Source: Stegostoma tigrinum
Lineage: Eukaryota
NCBI RefSeq assembly: GCF_030684315.1
Contig: NC_081396.1
Location: 5,642,001 to 5,706,000 of the forward strand
Direction of reading: 5' to 3'
DNA: 64,000 nt
The notes beneath the pieces were generated by a model. That model ran no database searches. It saw only the letters and a program-made list of their open reading frames with translations, and had not been told where the DNA came from. The position numbers and the translations under genes are program-made. Of this stretch, positions 13,828 through 27,454 are shown piece by piece (within the stretch, counting starts at the first letter, position 1; each line of letters begins with the position of its first letter).

Positions 13828-14097
13828 ATAATAAAATGTGAGGCTGGATGAACACAGCAGGCCAAGCAGCATCTCAGGAGCACAAAAGCTGACGTTTCCG
13901 GCCTAGACCCTTCATCAGATGGCCCGCCTCCCGCCTCTCCCTATTCCAGAACCCTCGCCCCATCCCCCTCTCTGATGAAGGGTCTAGGCCCGAAACGTCA
14001 GCTTTTGTGCTCCTGAGATGCTGCTTGGCCTGCTGTGTTCATCCAGCCTCACATTTTATTATCTTGGATTCTCCAGCATCTGCAGTTCCCATTATGT
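13828..14097. mobile_element. Young palindromic Penelope-like terminal-repeat insertion with 16-bp target-site duplication
   Basis: ~94-bp inverted arms (13826-13919 / 13971-14064, one mismatch seen); direct repeat ctgtctctgatatgag at 13812-13827 and 14098-14113; same sequence family as the ends of the Penelope-like elements at ~35.1 and ~57.0 kb. Confidence 0.8.
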
Positions 14098-14347
14098 CTG
14101 TCTCTGATATGAGTTCAGTCGCTGGTAAAATACTAGAAGAGTCAAAACATTTTAGAACTGTGCTGTTTATGACTGAACCAAATAAAATGTACTCCCCGGA
14201 TTCTTTACTGATAACAACAATTGTGCTATTCAGTGAGACTTAATCAAAATTATCATCCTGTGTTTCAGTGATTACATTTGGTCGTATATCTTTGACACAT
14301 TCGCCTTATATATTACAGAAGCAAATGTTAAAGATTCCTTTTAGCAG

Positions 14348-14664
14348 GACATACCTGAATGATTCATTGAAAATGGACAAACCGATGTATTAAGTTGCAG
14401 TGAAACGGCAAAATACAGTGTACCAAGTTCCTTGGGATACATCCAGTGCCCCAGGAATGCTCTGAACCATTTACTGAGGAAATTTTACTAGGGAACTGTT
14501 GCTAAGACTCCTCACTTCGCAGATCGGTTTTCCACTAATTTGGATGAAGAAGAGAAAATGGTTCCTGTAAAAGTCAACTGTGCTCTTGTATCTGACTCTG
14601 CCATTCATTACTGTGCATTCAGCTCCACACGGATTTAGAGGCGTGATCCGCCTTTACAAAAATC
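14348..14664 (+). pseudogene. TCR alpha/delta V pseudogene with 23-RSS
   Basis: FR3 DRFSTNLDEEEKMVPVKVNCALVSDSAIHYCAFSS; stops upstream; CACACGG(14626)-23-ACAAAAATC(14656). Confidence 0.8.
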
Positions 14665-15525
14665 CGCAGGACACTCTCACCTCCTCTACTTAAAGCAATT
14701 GTGTGATGTATATTGTTCATTGGTGCCATCATCAAAAACCGACAGAAGTAGGGTAGACATTCTTTCGAGTCTGCTCCGCCATATAATTTGACTGATTCTC
14801 CATCTCAGTGACATATTCCCACTTTCTCTCCTCAGCTTTTGATGTTTTTAGGATCCACAAATATCAATCTTGGTGTTGAATTTACTCAATGACCCGAACA
14901 CAACTGTGCAAAGACTAGATTGCCAAAAGAATTTCATTCCGGGGTTTCGAATATGTCTCATTCTGAATGGAATATTCGCACTGTGTTTTCTTGTTCATAA
15001 TCATTGGCAGATATTTTCATCGAAGACTCTGGCACAGAAACAATAGCATTCAGTGTTATCCCTCACTGCAACTAATCTGAGGTCAACCTTGTTAAAGAGC
15101 CAAAGCTGAATTTATAAGTTTATATACCAGGGAAACCCTTGCACTGTTCTTCACTTTACTTCACATGGATTGAGAGTAACGTTTCTAAAGGGATTTGTGA
15201 ATAATGCAGGAAGTTGTATGCGAGGCATATCGTCAATGATTTCATTGAATACAGCGGCAGGTTGGAAGTGTCAGATGGCTTCCTCCAGCTCCAGTTCTGT
15301 GTTCTTGCTTACATATCTCTGACGTAACCGTATGGAGAACAAATAGGTTGTGAGCAGGTTGGGTGTCTACGAGTGACCACTAGGAATAAATTAATCAGCA
15401 GTGATCTTAGATATGACTCAATATCAGCTGAAATAATTCAGCTTCAGTTCTATCTGTGGATACACACTTCAGCTTTCAGCTGAAACAATACAGCTTTGTT
15501 CAAATCCACTATCCATTCTAAAAAC

Positions 15526-16033
15526 ATGTCAGCTATTACATTTTATGCATTAACCACAGCTGCAGTTCTCTTCACTGGTAAGTTCACTAAGTCTCAAAAC
15601 GTTGACTTGTACATGATATTTACGTAGTGACCTCGCATGCAAAATGTTTTCTTATCTCGATGACATTATTGAACAGAACGGTACTTTCAGACTCAGTTTG
15701 ATTTTCTGTTTAATTTTATGCAGATGTGAATTGTGCAGATTCGATCTCACAGCAGCCAGCTACAGCAAAACATCTTGAAGGACAGTCGGTGAACATTCAC
15801 TTTAGCTATTCGATCAAAATAGCTACTTCATATTCCTTACAATTGTACCGGCAAGACCTGGGTAAATCACCAACATTATTGCTCTACATCCTCCAATACG
15901 GAACCGTTCACAGATCTGACGGCGTGGGAAATCGATTTTCTGCAGTTCTGGACACTTCGAAAAGTGAGGGGAATTTCTCCATTGGCGACCTACGACTGTC
16001 TGACAGCGCTGTGTATTACTGCGTGCTGAGAGA
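15526..16033 (+). CDS. TCR alpha/delta V gene (leader 15526-15577, V exon 15724-16033), open but lacking first Cys and conserved Trp
   Basis: MSAITFYALTTAAVLFT G|GTAAGT; acceptor tgcAG 15722-15723; DSISQQP...NIHFSY...LQLYRQ...DSAVYYCVLRD; RSS CACAGTA(16034)-23-GCAAAAACA(16064). Confidence 0.85.
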
Positions 16034-17102
16034 CACAGTAACTGGAACCAGAGGAAGCCTCGTGCAAAAACATTGCTGTAATGAACATGTTGAACAGAAT
16101 ATGGTAGGGGGTAAGAACTGTGCGAACTGCAGAGAAACCAAGACAAACGTTTTCTTGAACTGCATTGAATTGAAATATATCCAAATATTATCGACCAGGG
16201 AGGGATAGTTGTAGTATTAGCAAAATGTTTCTCTGTTCCAATTAAAATGAATATATTCTGAACATGATATAAGCATGTGAATAAGGAATTCATGCCATGT
16301 TAAAAATGAAAGCGTTAGGGCTGGATAGCTTGCCAAAATATCAAAACTGACTTTGTTTTCCAGCCAATAATAGATGTTTAACTGCAACAGGACAGTGCTA
16401 TGGGCTGGTGCAAAGAAAAATGCATACTTTTCAGCACATACAGCCTTATGCAGTGAATTCAGATTTCCAAAAGCAATTCTAATATTCGGTAGCATGATTT
16501 TTTTTCAATTGGACTTTACATTAAATCAGCTATCTGACTAAGTGTTCCAAAAACAAATCCCAGACTGCTCTGCCAGATGGTTGCCTTGAATATCACTGCT
16601 CGTTATGTTCTCATCACATACTGAAAATATACACCTTTTCCTTTGTGAAATTATGGATTCTTAGTTCTTAATATGTGCATATTTAATACTGGGAGATTTT
16701 CAAACATGTCACAGCAAGTATTAGGGATTTCCTCAAGTAGTAGGCTGCTGTCCATAATCCTGGAGTTTCACATCGAAAATTGTTTTTACCACTTTTATCC
16801 AAAACAGCGATACACGGAAATGGTTTGTGTCAGGCCAGATGCAGAATTTGTATTGTCAATGAAAGTGAGTGGAAACTTTTCCGCAAGTCTCTAAAGGAAC
16901 AGCAACAAACTTAATCCTCCCATAGCCAATGCAACAGTCAGAATCCACATTTGCTGTGAGCAATTTTAAATGCCGATGTTGTCAACTGTGCCCGGGATTT
17001 TCACGCCTCGGAATGTACCGAAGCTTCAGTGTGTGAACCGCTGCCTCAAGAAGGCCTCTTCAGGCAGCAGCTGTGACCCAGAAACCTGCAGTTATTGTAA
17101 GA

Positions 17103-17490
17103 GGTTTTTGTGTATTCTCGTGAGTGTGAGAGTCATTGCACAGTCATAGACCGCAGAGTCAGATGACAATAGCTGCAAGATGATACGTCTGTATTAATTG
17201 TCGGGACTGTTTCAGAAAACGGAAGCTAAGCAAAATCACCTTCATTACAGCAGTAACACCCACATAGCTGTTGACTGCGAGCTTTGGCTTCATTCATCAG
17301 GTAAGGAAGAGATATTTTTAAAAAGAGCAGGCAACAACCCAAGTGTGCTTTAATCCGGCTCGGATACTTGTCCAATATGAGGACTCTGTTTCACGATTTA
17401 ATTCCGACAATGAATAAATCCCTTTTTCAAAGTTTCAAACTCACGAATAATAGAAGTCACCCACACGAGGGCGAGAAAGGAAAGCCACGT
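17103..17490 (-). pseudogene. Internally deleted V pseudogene, inverted orientation
   Basis: Leader (ACG)WLSFLALVWVTSII with GTGAGT donor at 17490-17445; FR3 end LSSDSAVYDCAMTL; RSS CACACTC with only 10-bp spacer to ACAAAAACC (17111-17103). Confidence 0.7.
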
Positions 17491-18221
17491 CGCTTTTGCT
17501 GCTGGATAAAAGTGATATTTCTATGCCCCCAAACATCTGCAGAACATCAGAAACGAAAAACCTGAAGGCAATGGTTGCATATGATTTAAAATCACTTCCT
17601 GGAGATATGCAATAGGATGACCACAAGTCTGTGTTGATGACAGAGAAGAATGACATTAATGGTGAACTCTTTTTATTAGAGAAAAACAAACAGGTTGAAA
17701 TAAAGTGACTGGAGAGTTCTTTTGATTACACTGAATGTGGAAACAACATGATCTCTCTCTGAACTGATAAAGAGAATACCTTTTGCTCGAAATTATCTGA
17801 CAGAAATCGTGAGTTCAAAATGACCTGATGGACAGCTTGATCCATAACTGGCCGAGCAAAGAGCTGTCCTTTTCAATGCCTGACATAAGTAGTTTCAGAG
17901 AAAGAAATACAGTTGTTGAACTCAGAATGAGAGATTCCTTTGTCTCTTCCAAGGACTCGTCGTTCGGAGTTTGCTGAGTTGTGCGTTGTACGTGGCATAA
18001 AAGATGGAAAGATTTTCTCTTGTCACTCTGAGCTAGCAGCATCCAGACAGAGAGGGGAAAATGCCAATGAACAGCAGAAACAGATAACACAGCATGCATT
18101 ATCTGTTTGATTTAATAACTGCGTTGTGTTCTTCATACTAATTCACCACTGCGGATTCAATTTCAGTCTTAGATCTCGCTCATTTATTCACAAATGATGG
18201 AAGCAGTCATGAAGAGACAGT

Positions 18222-18716
18222 GTCCAGTAACAGTGTGTTTGTTAAGTCCTAGTAATTAATGTACATCCCCTCACTTCTCACACAGTCAATATTAGCAGAA
18301 AATCGAGGCTCCACACTCTTAGCTCTGATAACAGCTCCATAGTTAGAAATGTAGATCAAGAAGGTCGCAATCTTATCCCGATACTGACGATGAAGTTGGA
18401 ACAAATTTGCTGTGGCTGTGGTCGAATAATTAATGGCCACTATACTTTTTTCAAACCTCATCTCTGAAGCCAGCTCCTGTGAGACAGATTTTTCACCACC
18501 AACATTTGCAGAAATGTAAAGCACAAAACTTCATTCTGTTATCATCATGCAATATTACTTAATGTCATCTGGCAACTGAACATTTCCGAAAACGGGAGAA
18601 CGCACATTTAAAACGATATCATTGATGACTGCATATGGAAGAGTGTTTAGATTTTCAAATCAGTCACCAGTTATGAGAGCTCCAAATCTGAGGACTGAAT
18701 ATAGAGTAACAGAGAT
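18222..18716 (-). pseudogene. V pseudogene related to the 15.7 kb V, inverted orientation
   Basis: Leader (ATC)SVTLYSVLRFGALIT 18716-18668; acceptor reads AA; SVSQE...LHRQ...FLIYISNYGAVIRAKSVEPRFSANID..SEG then stop; RSS degenerate. Confidence 0.75.
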
Positions 18717-19312
18717 GCTTGTAGGAGGTTAATGCGGATTTGGACAATGGAAACACAAGTTGAAATTGTTAAAGTCGAGAACTGAGTTTAATTTGGAGTA
18801 CCATCCGTTGTCTCTGCTGATTGGTGCGTTGTTGACATTCAACAGCTCACTGCTCGTTTCTTCTTCAGTGCTCGACATCAGAGAGGTAACAGTGAACGGA
18901 ACAGGAAGCAGTACAGAAATTAAACCAAATGTTTTCCCAACAAAAATTTCAGCCTGGGAGCTGGATGAAGGAACAGAAATGCAATAGCTCATATTGTGCT
19001 TGTATCTTGACCGAAGATTTCCATTAAAATATCTGTGCAGAATCCTCTGGATTCCCTACAGTGAAGATAGTGCGGGATGAAGGTGAACAATTCGATTATA
19101 ATAGGTTAAACTCAGTGATGCAGTCTAGAAGTTAAATGCCTCCTATTATATGAATGAAGTTGAGAATGACTCACAAGTTAGATAGATGAACAGCAGATGT
19201 GAAGCAATAAACTGTGGGACCTATTCAGTGACAACAAAATCACACGTTGATATTCACAATAACTAAATTGTTCATCATAACACACAATAGGTATGTTACA
19301 AGATTCCAATTG

Positions 19313-20183
19313 AGGGATGTTAGTTTGCTTGCAGAGCTGGAAGGTTAGTTTTCAGACGTTTCATCTCCATTCCGGGTAACATCATCAGTGAGCCTCCGGT
19401 GAAGCGCTGGTGTTATGACCCGCTTACTCTTTATCTGTTCAGATTTCTTTGGGTTTGTGATGTCATTTCCTGCGTTGGTGATGTCATTTCCTGTTCTTTT
19501 TCTTAGAGGATGGTAGATGGACTCCAAATCAATGTGTTTGTTGATGGAGTTCCGGTTGGAATGCTATGCTTCTAGGAATTCTCGTGTGTGTCTCTGTTTG
19601 GCTTGTCCCAGGATGGATGTGTTGTCCCAATCAAAGTGGTGACCTTCCTCAAGTGTATGTAAGGATACTAGTGATAGTGGATCATGTCTTTTTGTGGCTA
19701 GTTGATGTTTGTGTATCCTGGTGGCTAGCTTTCTGCCTGTTTGTCCAATGTAGTGTTTGTCACAGTGCTTGACATGATCCACTATCACTAGTATCCTTAC
19801 ATACAGCTGAGGAAGGACACCGCTTTGATGGGGACAACACATCCATCGCAGGACAAGCCAAACAGAGACACACACGAGAATTCCTAGAAGCATGGCATTC
19901 CAACCGGAACTCCATCACAAGCACATTGATTTGGACCCCATCTACCATCCGCTGAGAAAAAGAACAGGAAATGACATCACCAACGCAGGAAATGACAATC
20001 ACCAACCCAAGGAAACCTAAACAGATAAATAGAAAGCGGGACATAACACCAGCGTTTCACCAGAGGCTCACTGATGCTGTTACCTAGAATAGTGACGAAA
20101 AGTCTGAAAACTAACCTTCCAGCTCAACAAGCAAACTCACATCCAGAACCTCAAACTGAGCTACAAATCATCTCAAAGCTCGC
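19313..20183. mobile_element. Penelope-like element, two 3' fragments in inverted orientation
   Basis: GIY-YIG-type peptide HCDKHYIGQTGRKLATRIHKHQLATKRHD...FDWDNTSILGQAKQRHTREFLEA; ~400-bp inverted arms centred near 19770. Confidence 0.85.
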
Positions 20184-22084
20184 TATTTCAATTGATATTG
20201 TCTTCCATGGAAGCGTTTGCTTTGAATGAGAGGGTGATGAGCCTCGACAAACAGTTGCTACAAAGTGCAATGAATTTGTTTTTAAAACAAATACTACCAG
20301 ACAGAAAATATCACGTAAAATAAAACGTGTTGAAGGTGCAATTTCAATCATTGCATTTTTCTCTTTGTGATTATGGCAGATGAGGAATAATACTGGGGAG
20401 ATACAAAAAAAAGACAGTAAGTTTCAAGTCCAGTCTTGTGTTCTGACAAAAGGCATTTTGACTCGAAACGTTAGCTCTCTTTGCACAAATGTTTCCAGAT
20501 CTGCTGAATTTGCCTGCAGCAATTTTGACTTTTGTTCGAGGCTCCCAGTACGGGAAGTTCTTTGATACTACAGAAGAATTGATTTGATGGGATTGAATCG
20601 AAATTACGATAGAAAGGGTGATCTTCGCACAAAGGAACATTTACATCCTTCCCTTTTGATTATTCCAAATTGTTTAAACGTTCTCCTGTCACCTGCCCTG
20701 GAGGCAAATTTCTCATTTAACCTCTCCAAGAAAAAAAAAGTCTTTCGGTGAATTACTGGTGGGACACCGTTTGAACACTTCACTTCTGATCATTCTGAGG
20801 TCAATTTCACCTCCAGCCAGAGAGGGGCATCATCTCCTGTCGCTGTGATTGGGTACATTAATTGGATGTGAGGCAGTCTTTGACCACTCACTCTATTTTA
20901 ATAGCGTTACAGTGCAGTGGGAAGAACATTCCGTGTATCTGCTTGACCTGAGCATATTAGGTTCTTGGTTTTATTCCTGTATGTAGACAAGCTCTGTAAA
21001 TCAGTGAAGACTGTACATGAATTTGGAAACAGGTCCCCTGATGTCAAGTTTGTAGGGCCTGTTGATGCATGTGAGGTCAGATATGCATAGATTCTTTGCG
21101 CTGGCTGCTCATTATTAACTGACGTTTCCTTATAAAAGTGTGACTCATGTTAAATTCTGGAATACAATGATAAAGACGTACACTAATATTTCCATGCTTC
21201 GAAAAAAAAATGGATCAGCGCGCCATCTGCTGGACAAAGCAGCTAAATATTTGATTTCATCTGGGATGAGATCACGGTCGATCCAGGCTGCGAATAGGGA
21301 GAAAGGTTGATGGCGACTCAGCAGACAAAAAGCTGATGGAATTGCGACGAGAAAAACAGTAGGAAAGGTAACAGTGGAAATGTGTGAAAAGACAGGGTGA
21401 TTAACTAGCATGAAATGGAAAAGGACTCAGATGACCATCCAGTGAGAGAAGCATGAGTGGAACCATGGAGACTAAGAACTAAAGAGAAGCAACTGAACAA
21501 ACAGTGAGTGAATCAGATGAGGAAGCAGGTAAAAGCATAAGGAATGTGACGAAAGAAACACGGATTTAAATATGAACAGGATTTCCAAGAAATTCCAGGA
21601 CACACGGGAATGAGCTGAAACAAAATATATAATCTCATTGAAATAGTTATGTCATAATAGATTGTGATGCAGCTAATTGTTGCCTGTCTTTGTTTTCCCG
21701 TGTGTGAATTTTCCAAGTGCAAGCGAATTCCACGTTACAAATAGAACATGTGTCCTGAATCTGCCAGATTCACTCCAGCGAGAGGTTGCTTCCACTTAGA
21801 AGGACAATGGTGACAGATACATGGCAAAACTATGACATGCATGGCACCTTCAAGCAACTCATCACTCTGTATTGGAAGTATATGGCTATACTTTCTCTGT
21901 CGCTAGGTCTGAATCCTGGAATTCCGTCAGTAATGGCATCAGGCTGCACCTACGTTTAATAGTGCTCAACTGTTTAAGATGTAGCTCATCATCTCCATTC
22001 CTGGAGTAATTCAGAATGGGCAATAAACCCTATCTCAGTGAGCGACATCCATATCACAGGAATCAGATTTTAAAAATTGCAGTT

Positions 22085-22680
22085 TCTGATCAGGAACCTG
22101 TATTCTAGTCAAACAGAGTCAGCATAACTTCATTACAGGAAAATCGTGCCTGACTAATTTCCGAGAGTTACTTTTGAAGACGTCGCAACCAGAGTGGAGA
22201 GTGGAGAAACAGTAGATGTGTCGTTTTGGGTTTCAACAAGGTACCTCACAAAATCCTAAGTACAACGATAAGATCCCAATCTGTTGGAGGCAGCATATCG
22301 GCAAGAAATGAAAATTAGCTGAGTGCAGGCAACAACGAGTGGGGGGAAGAAAAGAGCTTTTTTTCAGTCTGCTGACCTGTGACCAGTGGGTTTCCACAGG
22401 GATCAGTGTTCCAATAATAAACCTTTCCAATGTATATTAATATCTTGAAGAAAGGTAGAAAATGTGCTCCAGGCTGTTTTGCAGATGATTCCAATATAGA
22501 TGAAATGAAGCTGTGAAAAGGATGAAAACATTTTAAGACAGATAGTGGTAGGAAAGGAAGTTGGAAAAATGTTGATAAATGGAGTATAACATGGGAAAAT
22601 GTGGCTTTTTCATTTTGGAAAGAACAAAAGAACATGTTATTATGTAAATGAATAAAAACTGAAGAAAATTGCAAAACAAT
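22085..22680 (+). mobile_element. CR1-type LINE reverse-transcriptase fragment
   Basis: Degenerate SQHNFITGKSCLTN, TSGFPQGSV and FADDS motifs. Confidence 0.7.
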
Positions 22681-22740
22681 TTTACTCAGTGATGCCTGTG
22701 TGCACAACATATCATGCTAACCAGAAATCTGAAGGCCAGC

Positions 22741-22989
22741 AGCACTAACATTTATGTCTACTGGTACGCTTAGTGGCCTGGATAGTCTCCACAGTACATG
22801 TTTATACTTGCTGAGAGTGGTGTGCACAGAGACAACGGCATCAGCCAACGATTTCGTTCTACAGTTTACAAAACTGACAGGAAGGTCAAACTAACTATCA
22901 TCAATGTTTGCATCTCAGCCAGCACTGTGCATTTCTGTGCCATGGAACTCAGAATGATGCAGAGATCTCGTGGATTCTGTACAAAAGCC
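22741..22989 (+). pseudogene. 5'-truncated TCR V pseudogene
   Basis: STNIYVYWYA*WPG*SPQYMFI...RFRSTVYKTDRKVKLTIIN...VHFCAMEL; degenerate RSS CAGAATG(22950)-24-ACAAAAGCC(22981). Confidence 0.75.
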
Positions 22990-24046
22990 CTTCTTGATAT
23001 TTCTAGTTACTGCTCACCAGACGGCGCTCTCACACCCGGAAACAGGAACAGTTGGGAGGTTCCCATGAAAACTGTTGAAAGATGAAGAAGTGCAGAACAC
23101 TGTACAGGAACAGACGGGGTTTGCCTGTGCGGTTATTTTCTGTCTGTAAACTTTATTCATTCCAACAACTACCTTCATAAATTGTTCTCTGGCACTTCAT
23201 GCTTTAAGACTTCTACAGCTAACGAATTGAACATATCAATCGCATCCTCACCCTTCAACTGTAATTGTAACAATTTCCTTCACAGGGAACTAATATCACT
23301 TCACAGTAAGCATCTTCATCTCAGTAAAAAAAACTGTTCTTCTCTGCTGTAGTAACGAAAACATTTTGTCCGGATTGGTCTCGACCTTCTTGAGTTCCCT
23401 TGGAGCTGCGCTTTTCCAGCTGAGCATAAAGTATTCGGTACCAAACATCACGTGTGTCTGGTGGATGCTGGGTAGCCTTTGGGAGTCGAGAGGTGAGTTA
23501 TTCCCTGTGGATTTTTTTCTATCCGATGCACTCTAGCATCCACAGCATTAAAATATCTGGTCCAGTGTCTGGTGATTAGAAGACCTCAGGTCTTTGATAG
23601 TGGGGTTTCAGTGATGACAATATGATTGACAGTCAGGAATGATGGTTACGTTCCTTTAGTGTTGAAGACATTCACAACCTGGCACTTGTGTGACGTGAGT
23701 GTTACTTGATGATATTCAGGATACGCATGAATGTTTTCCATGTCTTTCTGAATAAGGAAATGAACAGTTTCAAAACCTGAAGACTCACAAAATACGTATT
23801 TTACAATTGTCAGCAAGTATGTCCACTTTTTACGTTCCAGGGTAAGTTAGTACCAAAACATACAATATCCGCAGTAACAGTTGTGACATTTTGTAGGTTA
23901 ATCCAGATTCAAGTTTAAGCATCAGAAAGTAACTTCCTTTAGTCTCAGTTATTTGTAAAGCGTAACATTTGGAGCAGATTTATTGAGACAGCAGAAACAT
24001 TGTACCACACGGAGATTGTACAATCGAATCTGTCATGGTCACTTTG

Positions 24047-24335
24047 CATGCCTTCTCACAGCAATACCTTCCGGCCTCCTAGGCCACATCTGCATCTTGA
24101 GAAATGATGTTGGACTTCTTCAGTCGGTCACAGAACAGTGCGTTGCGTCCTAAGATTTGATTGTCCTTGTATACGGAGTCAATAAATGTTGGAGCCCATG
24201 ACAGTGTTTCTTTATACCAATATAACGTATCCGCAGTCCCATTGGACAGGTTACAATGCAGTTCAGCCTGCACCCTTCCAGACACAGCATCTAGTCATAC
24301 CGTGGGCTGTGATCAACACACTGAACTGCTGCACG
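24047..24335 (-). pseudogene. Divergent V-type pseudogene, inverted orientation
   Basis: AELHCNLSNGTADTLYWYKETLSWAPTFI...DADVA*EAGRYCC; followed by CAAAGTG and a weak nonamer at 20 bp. Confidence 0.6.
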
Positions 24336-25769
24336 AAACGAAATCACATTCAAACATCATAAGGTATTGAAGAATAAGTAAAAGAAGGCGACTGATCAGA
24401 ATAATTAACACACAATGTCAAGAAATTCGAGCTCCACATTGTAAAAAGAGATTGCGAGACTTTTCGTTCATGAGAATGAAGGGTGACAGAACATTAACCA
24501 TTCAGTCTGTTGATTCCATACCAGGATTCTTTGTCGATACGAGGGCTTTCAATGATGGTGATCAAGGAGCAAAGAGGAGAGCTTTACATTCCCCTCATAG
24601 AGAAACACTGTTGGGCGATATTCACAACAGATTACTAAAGAATGTTATCAACAGGCATCATTCACTTTCAGAGTCAACGATTGGCTGTCTCAAAACATGG
24701 GCCTTTTCAAACCAGAAAACAAAGGGATTGCCTTGACTGTCTGTGTCTATTCGTTTCCATCCCTCTCGCCCTCTCTCTGTATCTCTCTCTAGCCCTTCAC
24801 TATCACCTTGCAGCACTGGGTTAAGTAACTCGTGAAGATTTTTTTATTGGCCATGTTACAACTGAAATTATTTTCTGACATCTTTACTTGCTTTTTTTTC
24901 TCAATCTTTGTCTCAGAATTCATATATCATTTTGCTGCTTTATCTTTAACTGAAGTCTACCTGATATTCTCATTCCATGCATGACTAGTTTAATTTTAGG
25001 GTGCTGTCTCTACGACCTTTGATCATTATTGTTTCATGGGGCTTATACAAACCTAAATAATGTTTGTGGATCAACTTTCAATCTGATGTCAAAGTGAAAT
25101 CTCTACATGTTTTTGTCACCGCCTGCTGGTGGATTCTGGTTTGTGTTTGTTCAACTTTGTCAAACGATTTGTTCACTCCCACGATTATTTATCCAATCTT
25201 CATTGCCATGTATTTTACTGCAGCTGGACTTCTACTTCAAGCAAAGATAGTTTCACCAGAGCAAACGAGATTGAGGCAAAGACAAGAGACATAGCGATGT
25301 TGAGAAATAATCAGAGGAATGTCAATAGCTGCTATTAATTGTTGCATAGTTGCCATCAACACTGACAGAGCAGCAAACTGAGCCTCCAGGAAACTCCCTA
25401 TCTTCTCAAGCCAGCGAAGTCGGATCATGATTTGCTTTCCACTTTAACATCAGAATGAGGAAGGCCAACATTCAGTTATTTTTCTGGCCACCTGTAAACA
25501 AGAAACCACGTGCTCCTTTTCGTCCTCGCTGCAGATCATTGTCTTGCTGCCTGGTGAGCTTGTTTCCAAATACTGATTGCACATCCTAGGCATTGCAATT
25601 ATTGCTCATCATTTGAAACACTTTGTAGCTGTGGTTGAGGACCGAATTGCAAAAATTCAATCTCAAAAGATCAACTTAACGATTCGGAGCAATAAAATAT
25701 AAATCTAGACTGCGTTCTTCGATAACCTACTCCACTCAAACCCTCTTCTGGTACATCCGGTATCACTGT

Positions 25770-26610
25770 GCAGCTCTGAAATATTTACTGAAGATACATA
25801 GCACAGGGAATGAACAGATGTCTCCAGTAGTACCAGAAAGATGCTCTGTTAACTTGCCTGAAGCAATCAAACCGGTTGCTTTCAATATTGTTATAGTTCT
25901 GTCCTAAAACACCATGCATCTGTCTGCCATGAAGCCCACAAATCTGCAGAGTTGTGCAGAACATTGCAGAAGACATGCCGAGAATTCCAGTCAGTGTCCA
26001 CCAGAGGGCGGTCTCACGCCGATAAAAGAAGCAATTATTCAGAAATTCAAAATAGATCATACTGGAGAAAGTGACGAAGTCTGGCACCATCTAAAAATGA
26101 AGGAACAAAGTTAACATGTTGAGCTTTCTGGCACGTCTTTATCGGCCACGCCAATATATCTGATAGTGAAAGCGTCGAGCAGTAAAACCAGAATGAATAG
26201 GAGACAAATGGTCAAAATGCTGCGACTCCAGTCATATTCTGCCCATGTCCCTGGAATATTATTCATCTAATTCATCTAATTTTGCAGAGCTGGTGTTGTG
26301 ACGAATCCAATAAGCAGGGCCACTATCGATACCAAGCAGACGTTCACCTTCTGACAACAAATGGCCACAAGTCAATCAATGGTGAAAGCAACCGTTAACT
26401 ATACTGAATGATCAACAGCAGTGTGCATTACAGCATCACGGACAGTGTATACTGAACTGATGAAAAACAAAATAAATGGGAAGCAAATTCCAACAATCTG
26501 GTTTCAAATTACAGCAGAATAACCACTGCCATGAACACCATATAATAAATAAGGAGACTAGAAAGATCGCGTTTTCTTCTGGAAAGGATAACAATAACTG
26601 TTAGGTGAGC
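25770..26610 (-). pseudogene. GPR139-like GPCR pseudogene, copy 2
   Basis: AHLTVIVILSRRKRDLSSLLIYYMVFMAV (TM1-TM2) and LTVAFTID*LVAICCQK (TM3) on the minus strand; many lesions. Confidence 0.7.
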
Positions 26611-26794
26611 TGCCATACAAACATACATACACATATCCAGAAGGCAGAGAACAAAGAATCTGAGACTTATAAATTATGAAAATCGTTCCACAGGCGTTTT
26701 CATCAATTTGGTACATTTGAGACGTGAACTTGAGTTAAAAATTACCGATTAACGTACTGACAGTTATTTCTACGTGCGAAGTGTTGATCTTAGG

Positions 26795-27000
26795 GGGACC
26801 ATCAGCAGAGTGTCAAGTACTGCGGCTTCATATGACCAGGGACCCAAGTTTCTTTCCAGCCTTGGCTGACTGTATCGAGTTCGTACATTCTCGCTGTGTA
26901 TGCGTGTGGGTTTCTTCTGGATGCTCCGGTTTCCTCCCTGAGGTCAGATTGATTGGCCATGCTAAACTGTCCGGTATTATCCAGGGATGTTTAGACTAGG
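26795..27000 (+). mobile_element. tRNA-derived V-SINE (HE1-like)
   Basis: Core gcgtgtgggtttc..tgctccggtttcctccc and attggccatgctaaa. Confidence 0.7.
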
Positions 27001-27454
27001 TTGGTTAACGATGAATGATTGCGGGTTATCGGAATAGGGCACGTGGTTCTTCAAGGGAGCAAAACACAATCAATGGCTTGAATGACCACTACTGCACTGT
27101 AAGGCATAAGACTACAAATTAATATAATGACAAACAACAGAGACCAAAATTCATTAAAAACTACATCAACAACCCGAAATGAAGGAGAACAAGGTCTGAC
27201 AGTGGTCGGATTGAGAAAATGCTATGGTAATATATTCTTGCTGAGAAATACAGAAATAATCCAAATGAAATCTGGAAACTGAAAAGAAAACGAATCATAT
27301 ATTTTTGGGGATCCAAAGTTGCCCCATCTGACAAAATACTGCAAAATGTTTTGTTACTAGATAGATATCATAGGATCCGTAGAAGCAGGCCCTTTGACCC
27401 CCACTGACCCTTGTCGCGTCCCACCCAGAACCATCCCCCTATAACACAATTTAA

